From Octopus bimaculoides (lineage: Eukaryota), in the NCBI RefSeq assembly GCF_001194135.2, contig NC_068991.1, positions 30,984,968-31,028,704 of the forward strand: DNA of 43,737 nt, in the 5' to 3' direction. Position 1 is the stretch's first letter. Each line of letters begins with the position of its first letter. The translations under genes were made by a program, and so were the position numbers. Below, piece after piece: positions 1 to 13,130 of this stretch. Below the pieces are notes generated by a model. It was not told the DNA's origin. It was given only the letters and a program-made list of their open reading frames with translations, and ran no database searches.

Positions 1-252
1 TATATATATATATATATATTTCCAGTCGTCTTTCTCTGCGACCATGTTATTTTTCTTGCCTGTCACATATAATCAGGATTCCTACTCGGAGAATTTATAA
101 TTGCATGCTTGCACCAATATACATTCTTTTATACATTCATTTCTACACACACACACACACATAAATACTTACACATACACATACACATACACGTACACAC
201 ATATAATACTAGCTTTCTGTCCCGTCGTTGCCGGCATAGTAAGCTGTATATA

Positions 253-292
<40 letters not shown>

Positions 293-619
293 AAATCTAT
301 TTGGCAATAGAATGCCTCTATATCCATGTCAGACCGTGCCTTCTCCGACGGTTTGGCCTCTTGATCAGAACAGACTTCTGCATTATATGGGCCAATGTAT
401 CGATAAACTAACTTTTTGTTTTTCCAGTTGCTACAGTTTTGTGAGATGTTTCGACTCTGTCGCTTTAATAAAAAATTTTACAAACGCGCGCGCGCACGCA
501 CACACACACACACACACACACATACACACACACACACACACAGCAAGGGCATTTTAAATGTGCCGAGAGTGAGAGAGTGATGCGGAAATTTGACAATGAG
601 AAAAGCGGAAGTGAAATAA

Positions 620-688
620 CAAATAGAGAAAGAAAGAAAGAGTGTGACAGAGAGAGAGAAAGATAGAGAGAGAGAGACAGAGAGAGAC

Positions 689-743
<55 letters not shown>

Positions 744-835
744 GTGGGACAGCCAGAGAGAGAGAGACAGACAGACAGACAGGGAGACAGACATGGAGAC
801 ACACAGACAGAGACAGACACAGAGATAGACAGAGA
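620..835. repeat. Compound (GA)n/(GACA)n microsatellite
   Basis: Directly visible GAGA/GACA tandem arrays; they account for the low-complexity ORFs at 465-949. Confidence 0.95.
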
Positions 836-1198
836 GAATCTGTTGATGTCACAGATTTTGAAATTTTAAAATTAAGTAAAATTTTTCAAATTTGCTATAT
901 TGATGTACTTTTTCACGCTGAATCCGAGTTTGTGATTCATTTATTCTAGAAAAATTTTATAGAGCTCTCTGAAAAATGTTATAGAAATTTAATGTTCGAA
1001 AATAGGATTTGGACGCTAGCACTTTCTGCGCGATAGCCGTCTATCATAAAATGAAATTAAACATTACAACGACAAAGTTTTAAACAAAATGAGAGTAATT
1101 ACGTGTTATAGCAAGAGAGATAGTGGAGTGAACATGCGATAGAGATATACATATACAGACAGAGAGTAATGAAGAGTGTGGTAAAAATATATAGGGAG

Positions 1199-2156
1199 NN
1201 NNNNNNNNNNNNNNNNNNNNNNNNNNNNNNNNNNNNNNNNNNNNNNNNNNNNNNNNNNNNNNNNNNNNNNNNNNNNNNNNNNNNNNNNNNNNNNNNNNNN
1301 NNNNNNNNNNNNNNNNNNNNNNNNNNNNNNNNNNNNNNNNNNNNNNNNNNNNNNNNNNNNNNNNNNNNNNNNNNNNNNNNNNNNNNNNNNNNNNNNNNNN
1401 NNNNNNNNNNNNNNNNNNNNNNNNNNNNNNNNNNNNNNNNNNNNNNNNNNNNNNNNNNNNNNNNNNNNNNNNNNNNNNNNNNNNNNNNNNNNNNNNNNNN
1501 NNNNNNNNNNNNNNNNNNNNNNNNNNNNNNNNNNNNNNNNNNNNNNNNNNNNNNNNNNNNNNNNNNNNNNNNNNNNNNNNNNNNNNNNNNNNNNNNNNNN
1601 NNNNNNNNNNNNNNNNNNNNNNNNNNNNNNNNNNNNNNNNNNNNNNNNNNNNNNNNNNNNNNNNNNNNNNNNNNNNNNNNNNNNNNNNNNNNNNNNNNNN
1701 NNNNNNNNNNNNNNNNNNNNNNNNNNNNNNNNNNNNNNNNNNNNNNNNNNNNNNNNNNNNNNNNNNNNNNNNNNNNNNNNNNNNNNNNNNNNNNNNNNNN
1801 NNNNNNNNNNNNNNNNNNNNNNNNNNNNNNNNNNNNNNNNNNNNNNNNNNNNNNNNNNNNNNNNNNNNNNNNNNNNNNNNNNNNNNNNNNNNNNNNNNNN
1901 NNNNNNNNNNNNNNNNNNNNNNNNNNNNNNNNNNNNNNNNNNNNNNNNNNNNNNNNNNNNNNNNNNNNNNNNNNNNNNNNNNNNNNNNNNNNNNNNNNNN
2001 NNNNNNNNNNNNNNNNNNNNNNNNNNNNNNNNNNNNNNNNNNNNNNNNNNNNNNNNNNNNNNNNNNNNNNNNNNNNNNNNNNNNNNNNNNNNNNNNNNNN
2101 NNNNNNNNNNNNNNNNNNNNNNNNNNNNNNNNNNNNNNNNNNNNNNNNNNNNNNNN
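1199..2156. other. Assembly gap (N-run). Other gaps: 7423-7600, 14465-14557, 22564-22622, 24791-25191, 27864-28192, 31444-31453, 32302-32599, 33564-33573, 35765-36745, 40079-40351, 41565-41574
   Basis: N characters in the sequence; most gaps abut microsatellites. Confidence 1.
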
Positions 2157-2514
2157 TGTGTACCTCTGTCTCCTTGTGTGTGCATGTCTATGTCTGTGTG
2201 TGTACGTGTATATGGGTTGTTGTGACTACGTACATAGACAGTATGTATGGATGTGTCCTTGTGTGAAGTGAATTGTGTGTGTATATGGTTATGTGTTTCA
2301 GTTTTCATTTGTGTATGTGTGTGTATGTGTGCTTGTCTATTGATATTACCTATGTACTTATCCGTCTGTATGTCTATCTGCTTACTTTCATATCCATTTG
2401 GCTACATACATGTGCATATACATATACATATACACACCCACACACCCACATACAAACATCTGCATAACAGCCCACTAACTATTCTACCTGTATATAAATA
2501 TACACTGTGGTTAC

Positions 2515-3000
2515 GTATATTTCATATTTAGTACTCGGGATGTTTCATTTATGAGGACGTTCTCCTGTATTTGTCTGAGGGTTGGGTCCATTGGATGCTT
2601 GGATAAAATACGGATGTCAAGTTGAACCAGGTTGCCTCCATGTTGGTCCTTGGTATGTAGTTAGAGTATGGAGGACTGTTTTTGTCGTCATATTGTCTCA
2701 AATGTCCATTTAGTCTTTCCGTAATTTTCCTAGATGTCTCCCCTACGTCATGTTCATGTCTTTACAAGCACCTTTTATGCAGCTTATGCTGTAGACTACA
2801 TTTCTAGTTCTACAGTTAATGTCAGGACTAATCCTACATACCATACAGTTATCATTGATACATACGGTATTCTCAAACGGGTACGTCCTACATAGTTATG
2901 ATATGATGGACTTGCCTGGCTTTTCAATAATCTTGATGTTGAAACATATATCAAGGCAGGCTGTGTATTATTTTATTGAGTCATAATTGCATACTTGTGT
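2515..3000 (-). mobile_element. Penelope-like element fragment (Cys-rich linker + GIY-YIG endonuclease), frameshifted
   Basis: Minus-strand manual translation gives KIIEKPGKS...VCINDNCMVCRISPDINCRTRNVVYSISC...(frameshift)VGETSRKITERLNGH...LDIRILSKHPMDPTLRQIQENVLIN. This fits the VY-x-I-x-C / YVGET-x-R motifs of PLE GIY-YIG nucleases. Confidence 0.85.
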
Positions 3001-3059
3001 ATTTGTCGTGTGGTAGTTTTTGGTATTAATCCCGTAGAATATTTTGGGTTACGTTATAC

Positions 3060-4900
3060 TACTGGATGCTGGTTGTGTACTGTGTCAATTCGTTTAGTTG
3101 TTATTCTATTAAGTTTGTGCGTTATGTGAATCTTACTATTTTACTGGGCGCTTGTTGTAAAGGGTCTGTGTTTGTAGTATTTAGAGAATGACCTGTTTCG
3201 GTTGTGTTTATTGAATCTGAAATGACGAGCGCAGTAATTAGTAGGAATATTTTGGGACTGTGCATATATTATGATCAGGTATGCTTTCCTGTTTTTGTTC
3301 ATAATTTTATCACACCTGGTGTTTCAGTTATTACTCGTATCATGCGCAATGGTGATGTGTAGAACATTTGCACACTCGTGCTGTAACAACGTTGTATATA
3401 AAATCTATAATGTATATAAACGTAGAGCGGCCCGAGCTTCATTATTTCTAATATTTTAATTTTCTTGCACAGCATCAATTTTAAAATTCCTGTACTCTGA
3501 CATTTTTCTCACCTCCTTCTGGACAATATTTTGGTTAGATCGGATCCAGCCACCTATTTAACAACGGGTATTTTTGTTCCAGTCCTTGACAATTATTTCT
3601 GAAGTTTTACCTTAATCACTGTATCATTTTAGACAAGTATGACCTACGGCAGTAGTCATATTTCGAACATGCCTACGTATTTGTTATTTTTTATTCGTTG
3701 AAGTGCCCAGAGAACAAAACTACCGATTCATTCGATGAATATAATCAAACTTAAGCAAAGACTGGACAGGCCTGCAGTTGTTTATTATACTGGTTACATG
3801 GCTTACGTTTGTGACCAGCGTCTTCTTTCTTTAGATTTGTAATGATTTCTAACCAGTCATCGATTTTATATAGCTCATATCAGATTGTGGACACTTGCTT
3901 TTAGCGTCACTATTCGATTTCTACATGACTTACTTTTACTTGGTCGAATCTTGAAGTATATTGGCTACGGTATACATTTTTGTCTCCATCTTCTTTTTTC
4001 TTTCTAAATTCTGTGTTTCTCTTCTTAATTCTTTGTTTTGTTCTAATCTAAATAATTTTCTTCTATGCAATTAGTTTCCAGTTCGTATTTTATTGTTTCC
4101 TTCATATTTCCTTATTCTAACCAGTTTCCCTTTGCTTGCTTCCTAAGAATTTTTTTAGTGCTGCAATTGTTACTTCGTACTAGTTTGTGTTTTATTTATA
4201 TTAGACTCAATCCTCCATGTTTTCAGGGTAGGTACAATATATATTCTATATATCAGCCTTGGGGTGACTTACAAGCTCTGCTAGTAGTTACAGTTTACAT
4301 TTTCATCTAAACTTTACAATTTATTGCGTTAAAGCTGTACTTTATAACTGCGATGGCTCGTGTATTTATACCAATCTATTTTTTAGAAATATTCTCAGTT
4401 TTCACTGTTAATCTCAGTCTTCTGTAGTCTTCTTTTCTAGATTTATCCTTTCTTTCTCTCATCAGTTTCATTTTATCTTCAATATTTATTTAGGTAATTT
4501 TGGTTTAATTCTCTAATTTCAGTGCCAGTATTATCTAATTCGATGTCCTCAGTTTTATATAATGTGCCTCTTAGGCTAGCAGCTTCACAAACATTGCCTA
4601 ATCCCTGTCTCGGTTTTATGTCCTGTGTGAATTCATGAACAATTTTTCTATATGTTTGACAAATCTCTATCCCGCGTCTCCGTTGTCACGTTTATTGACC
4701 TACATATTTTCCAGTGACGGCACATCATTGCCATTATATTCAGTCTTTGCTTCTTCCAGGTATCTAGAAGCAATGTAGTCGATATTATCTTCATATTTTC
4801 AATAAATTCTGCAGTGTGGGTCTGTCCATCCTAAATGAAGCGAGACAGATCTTGTGCAGTGGTTACTAGACAAAAACTGCCGTTAGAGGTGTTCTAATCT
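3060..4900 (-). mobile_element. Heavily decayed R4/Dong-clade non-LTR retrotransposon (RT C-terminal part, CCHC remnant, RLE C-terminus); boundaries approximate
   Basis: Minus-strand remnants: VHEFTQDI...TEIRELNQN; DYRRLRLTVKTENISKK*IGINTRAIAVIKYSFN; YILYLP*KHGG; AGCPVFA..DYIHR; NIVQKEVRKMSEYRNFK; PKIFLLITALVI. These are collinear with the less decayed ORF at 35525-36826 (YRRVRAIRKTELNARNRIEAINALAIPVVTYSFN...LYLPRKEGG...QKIVLMGTAHIL). Confidence 0.75.
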
Positions 4901-5154
4901 AAAAAGAGCAAGAAAGAGATATTTTCTACATTTCCAACTAATTTTGTATCTTATTTGATCAGAAGGTAATACTGATTGATGGAAGGAAGAATTTGTATAT
5001 AATTTTTATTTCTTTTGGTCAGTGATGATCTTCCTCAGACACAAGCAAATACTCATAGTACATCAATAATATATAAATATATCAATAAATGAGTATATTT
5101 ATACACATACGTATCCATCTATTTACTTATTATATATATACATATATATATATT

Positions 5155-5377
5155 ATTTTATTGTTTTACTTGTTTCAGTCATTTGACCATGCTGGAGCAC
5201 CGCCTTCAAGGGTTTTAGTCGGTTAAATCGATCCCGGGACTTATTTCGTACTTATTCTATCGGTCTCTTTTGTCCAACCGCAAAGTTACGGTGATGTAAA
5301 CAAGTAAATGCCGGTTGTCAAGCTGTGATGGGGGTGACAAACACAGATACAAAAACACACACATAGATATATATATA
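5155..5377 (-). mobile_element. SINE family A, 3' half
   Basis: ttttacttgtttcagtcatttgaccatgctggagcaccgcc...ccggttgtcaagc matches the reverse complement of the family A tail seen in more than 10 copies here. Confidence 0.9.
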
Positions 5378-6412
5378 CTAATTGTTTCATGCCACGGAAA
5401 CAAAATTCGGAAGATTTATATAACGTAACTTCTGTCTCCAAGCAACCCTTCACCAGACGAAGTACTTTTCCTGTTGGTCCAACTTATAACAGAAATGTAA
5501 AACTATATATAGAAGTGATAACTGCATTACTCCTCCTTTTACATATGAAAAAATGAGTTATGCAGATATGAGTTTTATTTTGCACCTACAAGATGGAGTG
5601 AATAGCAATTGAATACGCAATATATATTTTTTAATTACATTTTGTACAGTACAACCATGTCAGTTATAATTAGTAAATAACACTCAGTAATTAAATTACT
5701 GGGGGTAAGATTGTTACATATTTAATTAATGAATGTAACACTAAAGATCATTATATCGCAATGTAGCTGGTTATTACTCATTTCAAGTATGTAGTATGCT
5801 TATATATTTCCACACGTAAACATAGAATGCGCTCAATCTTGCTTCCACAAAATGAGTTGAAAGCACGGAATTACGTTCAACTCCGTTTTGAATTCTGTTT
5901 CGTCCAGCAATATTCATTCTTATGACTATACTGAAAGCTTGGATTTATGAGAGTGTGATGCAAAGAAAATGAAATGCGAAGAAGATTTCATTAATAACTG
6001 TTGAAGTTAGCCATCTATCTGTGGCAAGGAGTAGAAACATCCGACGACAGCTTCTACTCATTCTACGAGTAATTCAGGCTAAACAATTAATGATAACATT
6101 AACACTGTGGGTAGAATTTACAACCAAAGTAAACGGTGACGGTGTGAGGCTAACAAACGTATGATATAACTTCCTTTCTCAGACAGGGCGCTAAATTTTA
6201 TTTTAAGCAAGTTACTTCCTTTCACGTTTCCCCCAATTTTAATGAGTGCCAGCAAAAGCCAGCGAGAACTCTTTCAGTGAACTGGCGTCCCATCCAGTTG
6301 GAGTATTTTTGTACATTCATTTGCTTTTACTCCTCAGACGCAAAATAAGTTCCGGCCTAATGAACCTATAACCCTGAGACAGACATTTAACTTTACTTAT
6401 ATGTATAAATAT

Positions 6413-6767
6413 ATCTTTGATCTTTTACTTGTTTCGGTCTTTAAACTGCGGCCATGCTGGGGCGCCGCTTTGAAGAACTTTTAGTTGAATGAATCGATCC
6501 TAGTACTTATATTTTCTTAAGTTGGTACTTATTCAATCGGTTATTTGGCCGAACCGCCAGGTTACGGAGACGTAAACACACCAACACCAGTTGTCAAGCG
6601 GCGGTAGGGGTCACACACAGACACATATGTAAAATCAAGGGCTTCTTTCAGTTTCCGTCTACCAAATCTACTCTCAGGATTTCGTTGGTCCGAGACTATA
6701 GCAGAAGATACTTCATCAAAGTGCCACGCAGTAGAATTGAACACGAAACCAGTAGATACGTGTGGTT
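6413..6767 (-). mobile_element. SINE family A, near full length
   Basis: Tail (ttttacttgtttc..ctgcggccatgctgg), central tttcagtttccgtctaccaaatc, and a partial tRNA-like head. Confidence 0.9.
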
Positions 6768-7180
6768 AAAATAAGAGATGAGAGTTACTAGTGACCACAT
6801 ATCTACAGACTATGAGCTAAAAAACCGTTTTCTTCATCTATTGATTATGTCCCTGTATTTATTTTTTGATTATCATGTTTATAATTTGTTCATTGGAAGC
6901 TATTTTCAAGCTCTGTGTTCCTGGAAGGTAAGAGGAACTGGAGTGTTCTGTTTGTTGGAATACGTTTATGCCTGTGTGAGGGCGGAAAATGGAGAATGAT
7001 GAGACTATCACTTGTATGTAGGGTGAGAAATGGCAACTAGCATGTCGTCGTTAAGGAAAAAAAAAGGAAAAGATGTTGGAGACAAAAGAGAACCTTGAAG
7101 TACAACATAGTTAAGCCTTCCTATATTGTGCACATACACTTATACACACACACACACACACACACACACCCACACACACA

Positions 7181-7838
7181 CAGTTTCCGTCTACCAAATC
7201 TACTCTCAAGGTGCTGGGGCACCGCCTTATAGAATTTTAGTCGAATGACTCGACTCCGGTACTTTTTATATATAGATTTTTTTGTAAGCCTGGTACTTAT
7301 TCTATCAATAACTTTTGCAGAACTGTTAAGTTACGGATATGTAAAAACACCAACACCGGTTGTCGAGGGGTAGTGGCAGACAAACACACAAATACACACA
7401 CACACATACACACACACACACANNNNNNNNNNNNNNNNNNNNNNNNNNNNNNNNNNNNNNNNNNNNNNNNNNNNNNNNNNNNNNNNNNNNNNNNNNNNNN
7501 NNNNNNNNNNNNNNNNNNNNNNNNNNNNNNNNNNNNNNNNNNNNNNNNNNNNNNNNNNNNNNNNNNNNNNNNNNNNNNNNNNNNNNNNNNNNNNNNNNNN
7601 ATATATATATATATATATATATACTTACGACTCTTTTGCATAATAGCAACGATATATATACGTATATACATATGTATATGACGGACTTTCAGTTTCCGTC
7701 TACCAAATCCACTCACAAGGCTTTGGTCGCCCCACGGCTATAGTAGTAGACACTTATCCAAGGTGATACGTAGTGGGACTGAACCCAGAACCATGAGGTT
7801 GGGAAGCAAGTTCCTTGCCATACAGTCACACCTACCCC
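7181..7838 (-). mobile_element. SINE family A with a gap in its internal microsatellite, preceded by a 30-bp central fragment of another copy
   Basis: Tail-side segment from 7212, gap 7423-7600 inside the (CA)/(TA) array, then the central domain and head (gtgggactgaacccagaaccatg). Confidence 0.88.
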
Positions 7839-8564
7839 TATATGTGTGTGTGTGTGTGTGTTGTATGTATGTGTGTGTGAATGCGAATTTGTGCGTGCAC
7901 ACATGTATGCATGTATGTGTGTGTGTGTATAGAGATAGAGGTGGGTGTAGTTAGATTTGTATGTATGTATGAACGTAAGTATGTATATGTAATTAAAAAT
8001 ATTTTCTCATTCGAGTCTGATATGAATGAAATATATCCTAAGTACTATACAGCTGGAATAAAATATATTAAACAGAATAATATAGAAATATAATTAGGGT
8101 TTCTGCGTAGGAACATAACAAACCCTATGTACAGTTCAATCCCATTTGTGTACACACAGAAACACACACACACATATATGTGCACACACATTGATATATA
8201 CTCCACATTGGGTGTGGATATGTACGATGAGGTGTAATTAAGTAAGAATTTACATGTGCTATGAGTTCATAAAAGCGTCTTAGGTGTTAAATTCTTGATA
8301 GCCGTCTAATTACCAGTTTGATTGATATTCAAAGTTCTTTATTTAAAGCCAAATATAAAGACATTGATAGCAATTTAACACAGCTATAATTGCCGTTTCA
8401 TTTCTGTGTCAATTAGCATCAGATACAGTCAGTTTCATGATATTAATCTACTGACTGGAGCTGTGTTGGAACTGAAATTGGAGGAGTTCAAAGTGTATCG
8501 TATGCCCGTAAGGTTGGTATAGTCTGATGTTTCCTGTCAGTAAAGAATATACATCCCGTTGTAT

Positions 8565-8635
8565 TGTGTTCAATTCCTGCGCGGAACGACTTTGCCTTTC
8601 TTTCCTCTGAGGTCGACAAATTTAGTATTGAATTC
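8565..8635 (+). mobile_element. SINE family C fragment (B-box remnant + conserved central motif)
   Basis: gactttgcctttctttcctctgaggtcgacaaatttagta resembles the reverse complement of 37085-37130. Confidence 0.55.
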
Positions 8636-8777
8636 GATGTAATAGACAAAAATGTTCCCCTTCTTTTCTCTCTGTTTCTCTTTCCCTCTCTCCATATATA
8701 TATTTATACAAACACACATGTGCATATATATGTATAAAAGTATATATATTATTATATGTGTGTGTGTGTATATATAT

Positions 8778-8831
<54 letters not shown>

Positions 8832-9330
8832 TTCATACACAACCGGTAGCAACATTATCACTAGCAATATAACATTACTACAAATATTGCCATCAACACT
8901 ACTATTACTATTGTTACTACTACACCTACTATCACCACATCAAATCCATCCCCATCTCCCTGACATCCGATCCCTCCGGGTGTGAAATAAAAAGTAAATA
9001 TGAGAATTCACACTTAAAAATTGGATAGCTACCCTTTCACATTTTAGGGAAGAAATTTCCTCTTTAGAATTTCTTCAGCACTACTTTAAAATAGATACTT
9101 TCTTCAGAAAGTCAGAACAAGAGTTCCAATCAAACCTTTACAAAATTCAGAACATTCCCCAAAACTCTGGGAATCGCATTACATCAATTATTTGGCAATC
9201 ACTTAATAAAGAAGTAAATAAATTTCACTGCCTCTTACATCGTTTTTACCGAATAAACCAAGATTCTTCCAGCGTCCACGTAATATTATACCATGGAATT
9301 TGCCTGGGTTCTTCTCTTCCTCTTCTACCT

Positions 9331-9390
9331 CTTCTTCTTCTTCTTCTTCTTCTTCTTCTTCTTCTTCTTCTTCTTCTTCTTCTTCTTCTT
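9331..9390. repeat. (CTT)20 microsatellite within a CT-rich tract (9310-9470)
   Basis: Direct observation. Confidence 0.95.
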
Positions 9391-9703
9391 CTACTTCTTC
9401 TTCTTTTCCTTCTTCTTTTTTTTAGTCCACCTCCTCCTCCTCCTCTGCTTGTCCTCCTTCTTTCACTTCTTCCTTTTAAACACTACCTAACAATTCTATA
9501 CATTACAATTATTTGTATCCAGATGTCTTCGCCTTACCTAAATATTCGTTATATGTCGGTGATCCACTACTCACTTATTATGGACTTTCCTTCCACAACA
9601 CGGTTATACGTATATGTGCGTGTTTGAGAGAGTGAGTGTATATGCATGTATGTATATATGCATATATACATACATACATGCATACATACACAGGCATACA
9701 CAA

Positions 9704-9742
<39 letters not shown>

Positions 9743-10172
9743 CACGCACACAATATGTAGTCTATAGAGTGTACAACAATACATAGTATTTATTAAGCAT
9801 AGCAATATATAATATATATGTATAATATATATCATACATTGCTAATATTGTCCCCTGGTTTGACCCAATGTAATGTTCTCCACATCCAGAACATGTAATT
9901 GTATGCATTAGATTTTCAGATGCTCAGATGAAATTATATGATATTCCCGAATTGTTGTCCTTGTCTAAAACGGGCTTATAGTCTTCCTGTCTTATTAAAA
10001 CATATACCACTGTTGGGTCATCCACATTTTTTTTTTACGGTTGGTCTTATTATTGTGCGGTGTTTGAGCATTCTTAGTATTTTTTTTTTTTTCGTTGATT
10101 TTGGTTGTCTTTTGCTCTTTATGATGGTAGGAATTGGGAGGATTTCGTTTAACCTTTTTAGATATACTACTA

Positions 10173-10326
10173 AGCGCAGGTGTAGTATGGAGCTTTCTTC
10201 CCAACCACATGTTTCTGTGTTTAGTCTCATTGCGTGATACCTTGGGCAAATGTCTTCTATTACATCTTCAGGTCAACCAAAGCCTTGTGAGTAGATTTGG
10301 TAGACCAAAACTGAAAGAAGCCCGTC

Positions 10327-10369
<43 letters not shown>

Positions 10370-10587
10370 TGTGTATCTTTGTATTTGTTTGTTTCCCACC
10401 ACTACTTGGTTACCGGTGTTGTGTTTACGTTTCCGTAGCTTGTCGGTCTGGCAAAAGAGACCGATAGGATAAATACCAAGCTTAAAAACAGAAATTAAGT
10501 GCTGCAGCTGATTCACTCAACTAGAAGTTCTTGAAAGTGGTGCCCCAGTATGGCTGCAGTCTAATAACTGAAACATGTAAAAGATAA
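10173..10587 (+). mobile_element. SINE family A, full length
   Basis: Head gcgcaggtgtag..cccaaccacatg, central aaagccttgtgagtagatttggtag, internal (TA)n, tail tatggctgcagtctaataactgaaacatgtaaaaga. Confidence 0.9.
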
Positions 10588-11143
10588 ACGATCAATCTCT
10601 TCTTTGACCACTTCAAAAGTTTCAAAAGAGATGACTTAGATGTGTTATACTGGCGTCCTAAAATAGTCAACGGAAAAATTCTAATAGTATAATGTGTGTA
10701 TGTATATGTGTGCGCGCATGCGTGTAGGTGTGTGTTTCTGCATATATGAATATAATGGCCAAAATGTCTGTCAGGTGGGTTATTTTTGTTTTCATACTTA
10801 TAAATATTGCTAGAAACTATCAAAATGAAATCACGACCTGTATCATACACATGTATAGAGAATATGCACACATTTATCCATACATTCATATATATATATA
10901 TACACACACATATAGGCATGTATGTATGTATGTATGTATGTATATATATGTATAACACCTATCACACCTTCATATATGTATATAGGTATGTATGTATGTA
11001 TACCAATATACCTTTCATACACGCACTCGCTCAAGATAAGGGATACTGCAGCTTACGACAACCACAGTTTTGCCCTGGACGCGATATACAATCAACAGCA
11101 TTTAGCTTAGTGACGACAGTATATTTACACACGCACATACACA

Positions 11144-11203
<60 letters not shown>

Positions 11204-11438
11204 AACGTTACTCAATCCTACATAGATCTATATATAAATACAGTTTGCGTGTGTGTGCATAAAAATATACATATACACATGCAGACGTATTCAAACACGA
11301 GTACAGACACATACGTGTGCCAGGTGCAAGTCTTGTGTGCGCTAAGGATAAGTATGAGTTTGAGATAAGGTCCTGCCAACATTACAGAAAACATCGTTAG
11401 AGAAAACAAACCTATACACAACTGCACACGAACATATG

Positions 11439-11522
<84 letters not shown>

Positions 11523-11978
11523 AGTATATATAAAATATCTCATGTTAAAATCTATTTAACGCAGCAATATAGACGCCTAGTCATATGTATAATGAAATAT
11601 ATATACACAAACATTAAGTACCAAAACCCGACATGCGTTAACGTTTCTGATAACTGTGTGGAGAGAGCTATTCGTCGTATCAGACCGTCATCAGAAGCAA
11701 CTCTCAATCTGATTGCGGATAAAATAAAATGTAAAAACAGAAAAAAGAAATTTTGATGCCAAATTTTAAAACTGGAATTCTTTCTTTAATGCTATTATAC
11801 ATTCCTATCTGATTGTAATTAAAGCAGACTTTTCGGTTCATTTTTTCCGGATAATATGAAACTTTTTTTATATACAGAGTGAGTCAGAGAGTAGCCCTAG
11901 TGAATTAATCATGGTCGATGGCGTCCCTCCTTCTACCTTGATAAAACATGCACCCATTAAGAGCCTTAATACTTTATA

Positions 11979-13130
11979 CAGGGGTTATACAAAATAATGG
12001 AAACACCTTACAATTTCAAACAAATCTATTCTTGTAGTGAAGATGGTGGGGGATATTAACTCCTTACTTGTCTTCTAAAATGCACCATAAATGTTCAATA
12101 ATATTGAGATCTGGGGACTGTGGTGGCCAGAAAAGATGTTCAACTTCACTAGAATGTTCTTTGTGCCATTCAGTAACAACTTTAGCTGTGTGAATTGGTG
12201 CTTTATCATCCTGAAAGATTGCGTTTCCCTCCGGAAGCAGTTCCGCAAGCATAGGCTGAATTTGATCAAATAAAATGCTTAAATAGTCTTGACTATTAAT
12301 TATGCCATGAGGGGAAAACAATGGGCCAGCGGATTTCCAAGATATAGCCCACCAGATCATCACAGATCCTCCTCCATGTTTAACAGCTGGAAGAAAGCAG
12401 TCTGGGTCAAATGCTTCTTTTGGCTGTCTCCACACGTATACTTGGTTGGTGGTTGGAAATAAAGTAAAGGATGACTCGTCCAAGAAAATAACATTCTTCC
12501 ACTGCTCTAGGGACTACTTCTGTAGGTTTTTACTCCACTCTAAACGCTTTGCAATGTTTGTTTTTGAAAGTAGTGGTTTTCTGATTGCAGCCCTCCCGTG
12601 AAATTCCAGCTTTTTGCAGCTCCCAGCTCCCGGCGAACAGTTTTTGTGGAAACTGGGTTCTCGGAGTGGTCATTAAGCTCTGCAATAATTTTGGGAGCTG
12701 TACTTTTGTGATCCCTTCTAACAATTCGCGTAAGATTCCGACGGTCTCTGTCTGAAAGTTTTGGTTTTCTTCTGGAGTTTTGTTTCGACACGGAGATATT
12801 TCCCTCTTTCTTAATAGCTGACATTACTTTCGAGACAGTACTTCTTGTTACACCAAACATTTCGGCTATTTTTGTTAGGCTAGCGCCTGCCATATTATTC
12901 CCGACAGTTTGACCTCTTTGAGAGTTCGACAGATCTGTCATTTCAATGAATTTTAATTGCTTTTTTCTGATGATATCTGAAAAGAAACAGCAATTTTAAC
13001 AAAACATATTAAGCAACACTAATATTAAATCAAAACAACATAAAAATAAACAAGCTTTTGATGGTTTTATAGATATCTCAGAATTATTATGCTATGATGC
13101 TAGGTATTTCCATCATTTTGTCCAACCCTG
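11979..13130 (-). mobile_element. Tc1-family DNA transposon with DD36E spacing (Incomer-like), frameshifted transposase
   Basis: TA|CAGGGGTTATACAAAATAATGGAAACACC at the left and GGTATTTCCATCATTTTGTCCAACCCTG|TA at the right form imperfect ~30-bp TIRs with a TA duplication. ORF pieces: 12941-12540 (paired-like HTH, GASLTKIAEMFGVTRSTVSKV) and 12483-12064 (DES..KHGGGSVMIW..FQDDKAPIH..WPPQSPDLNIIEHLW). I count 36 residues between the second D and the E. Confidence 0.93.

Noticed and set aside
6010-6068. Short frame IYLWQGVETSDDSFYSFY resembling a gelsolin-type YxWQG motif
   Set aside because: Only about 19 codons, weak acceptor, stop immediately after; most likely chance.
6562-6744. Recurring peptide SGFGRRKLKEA / GTLGKCLLL in many small ORFs
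   Set aside because: It is the translation of the SINE A central domain, not a gene family.
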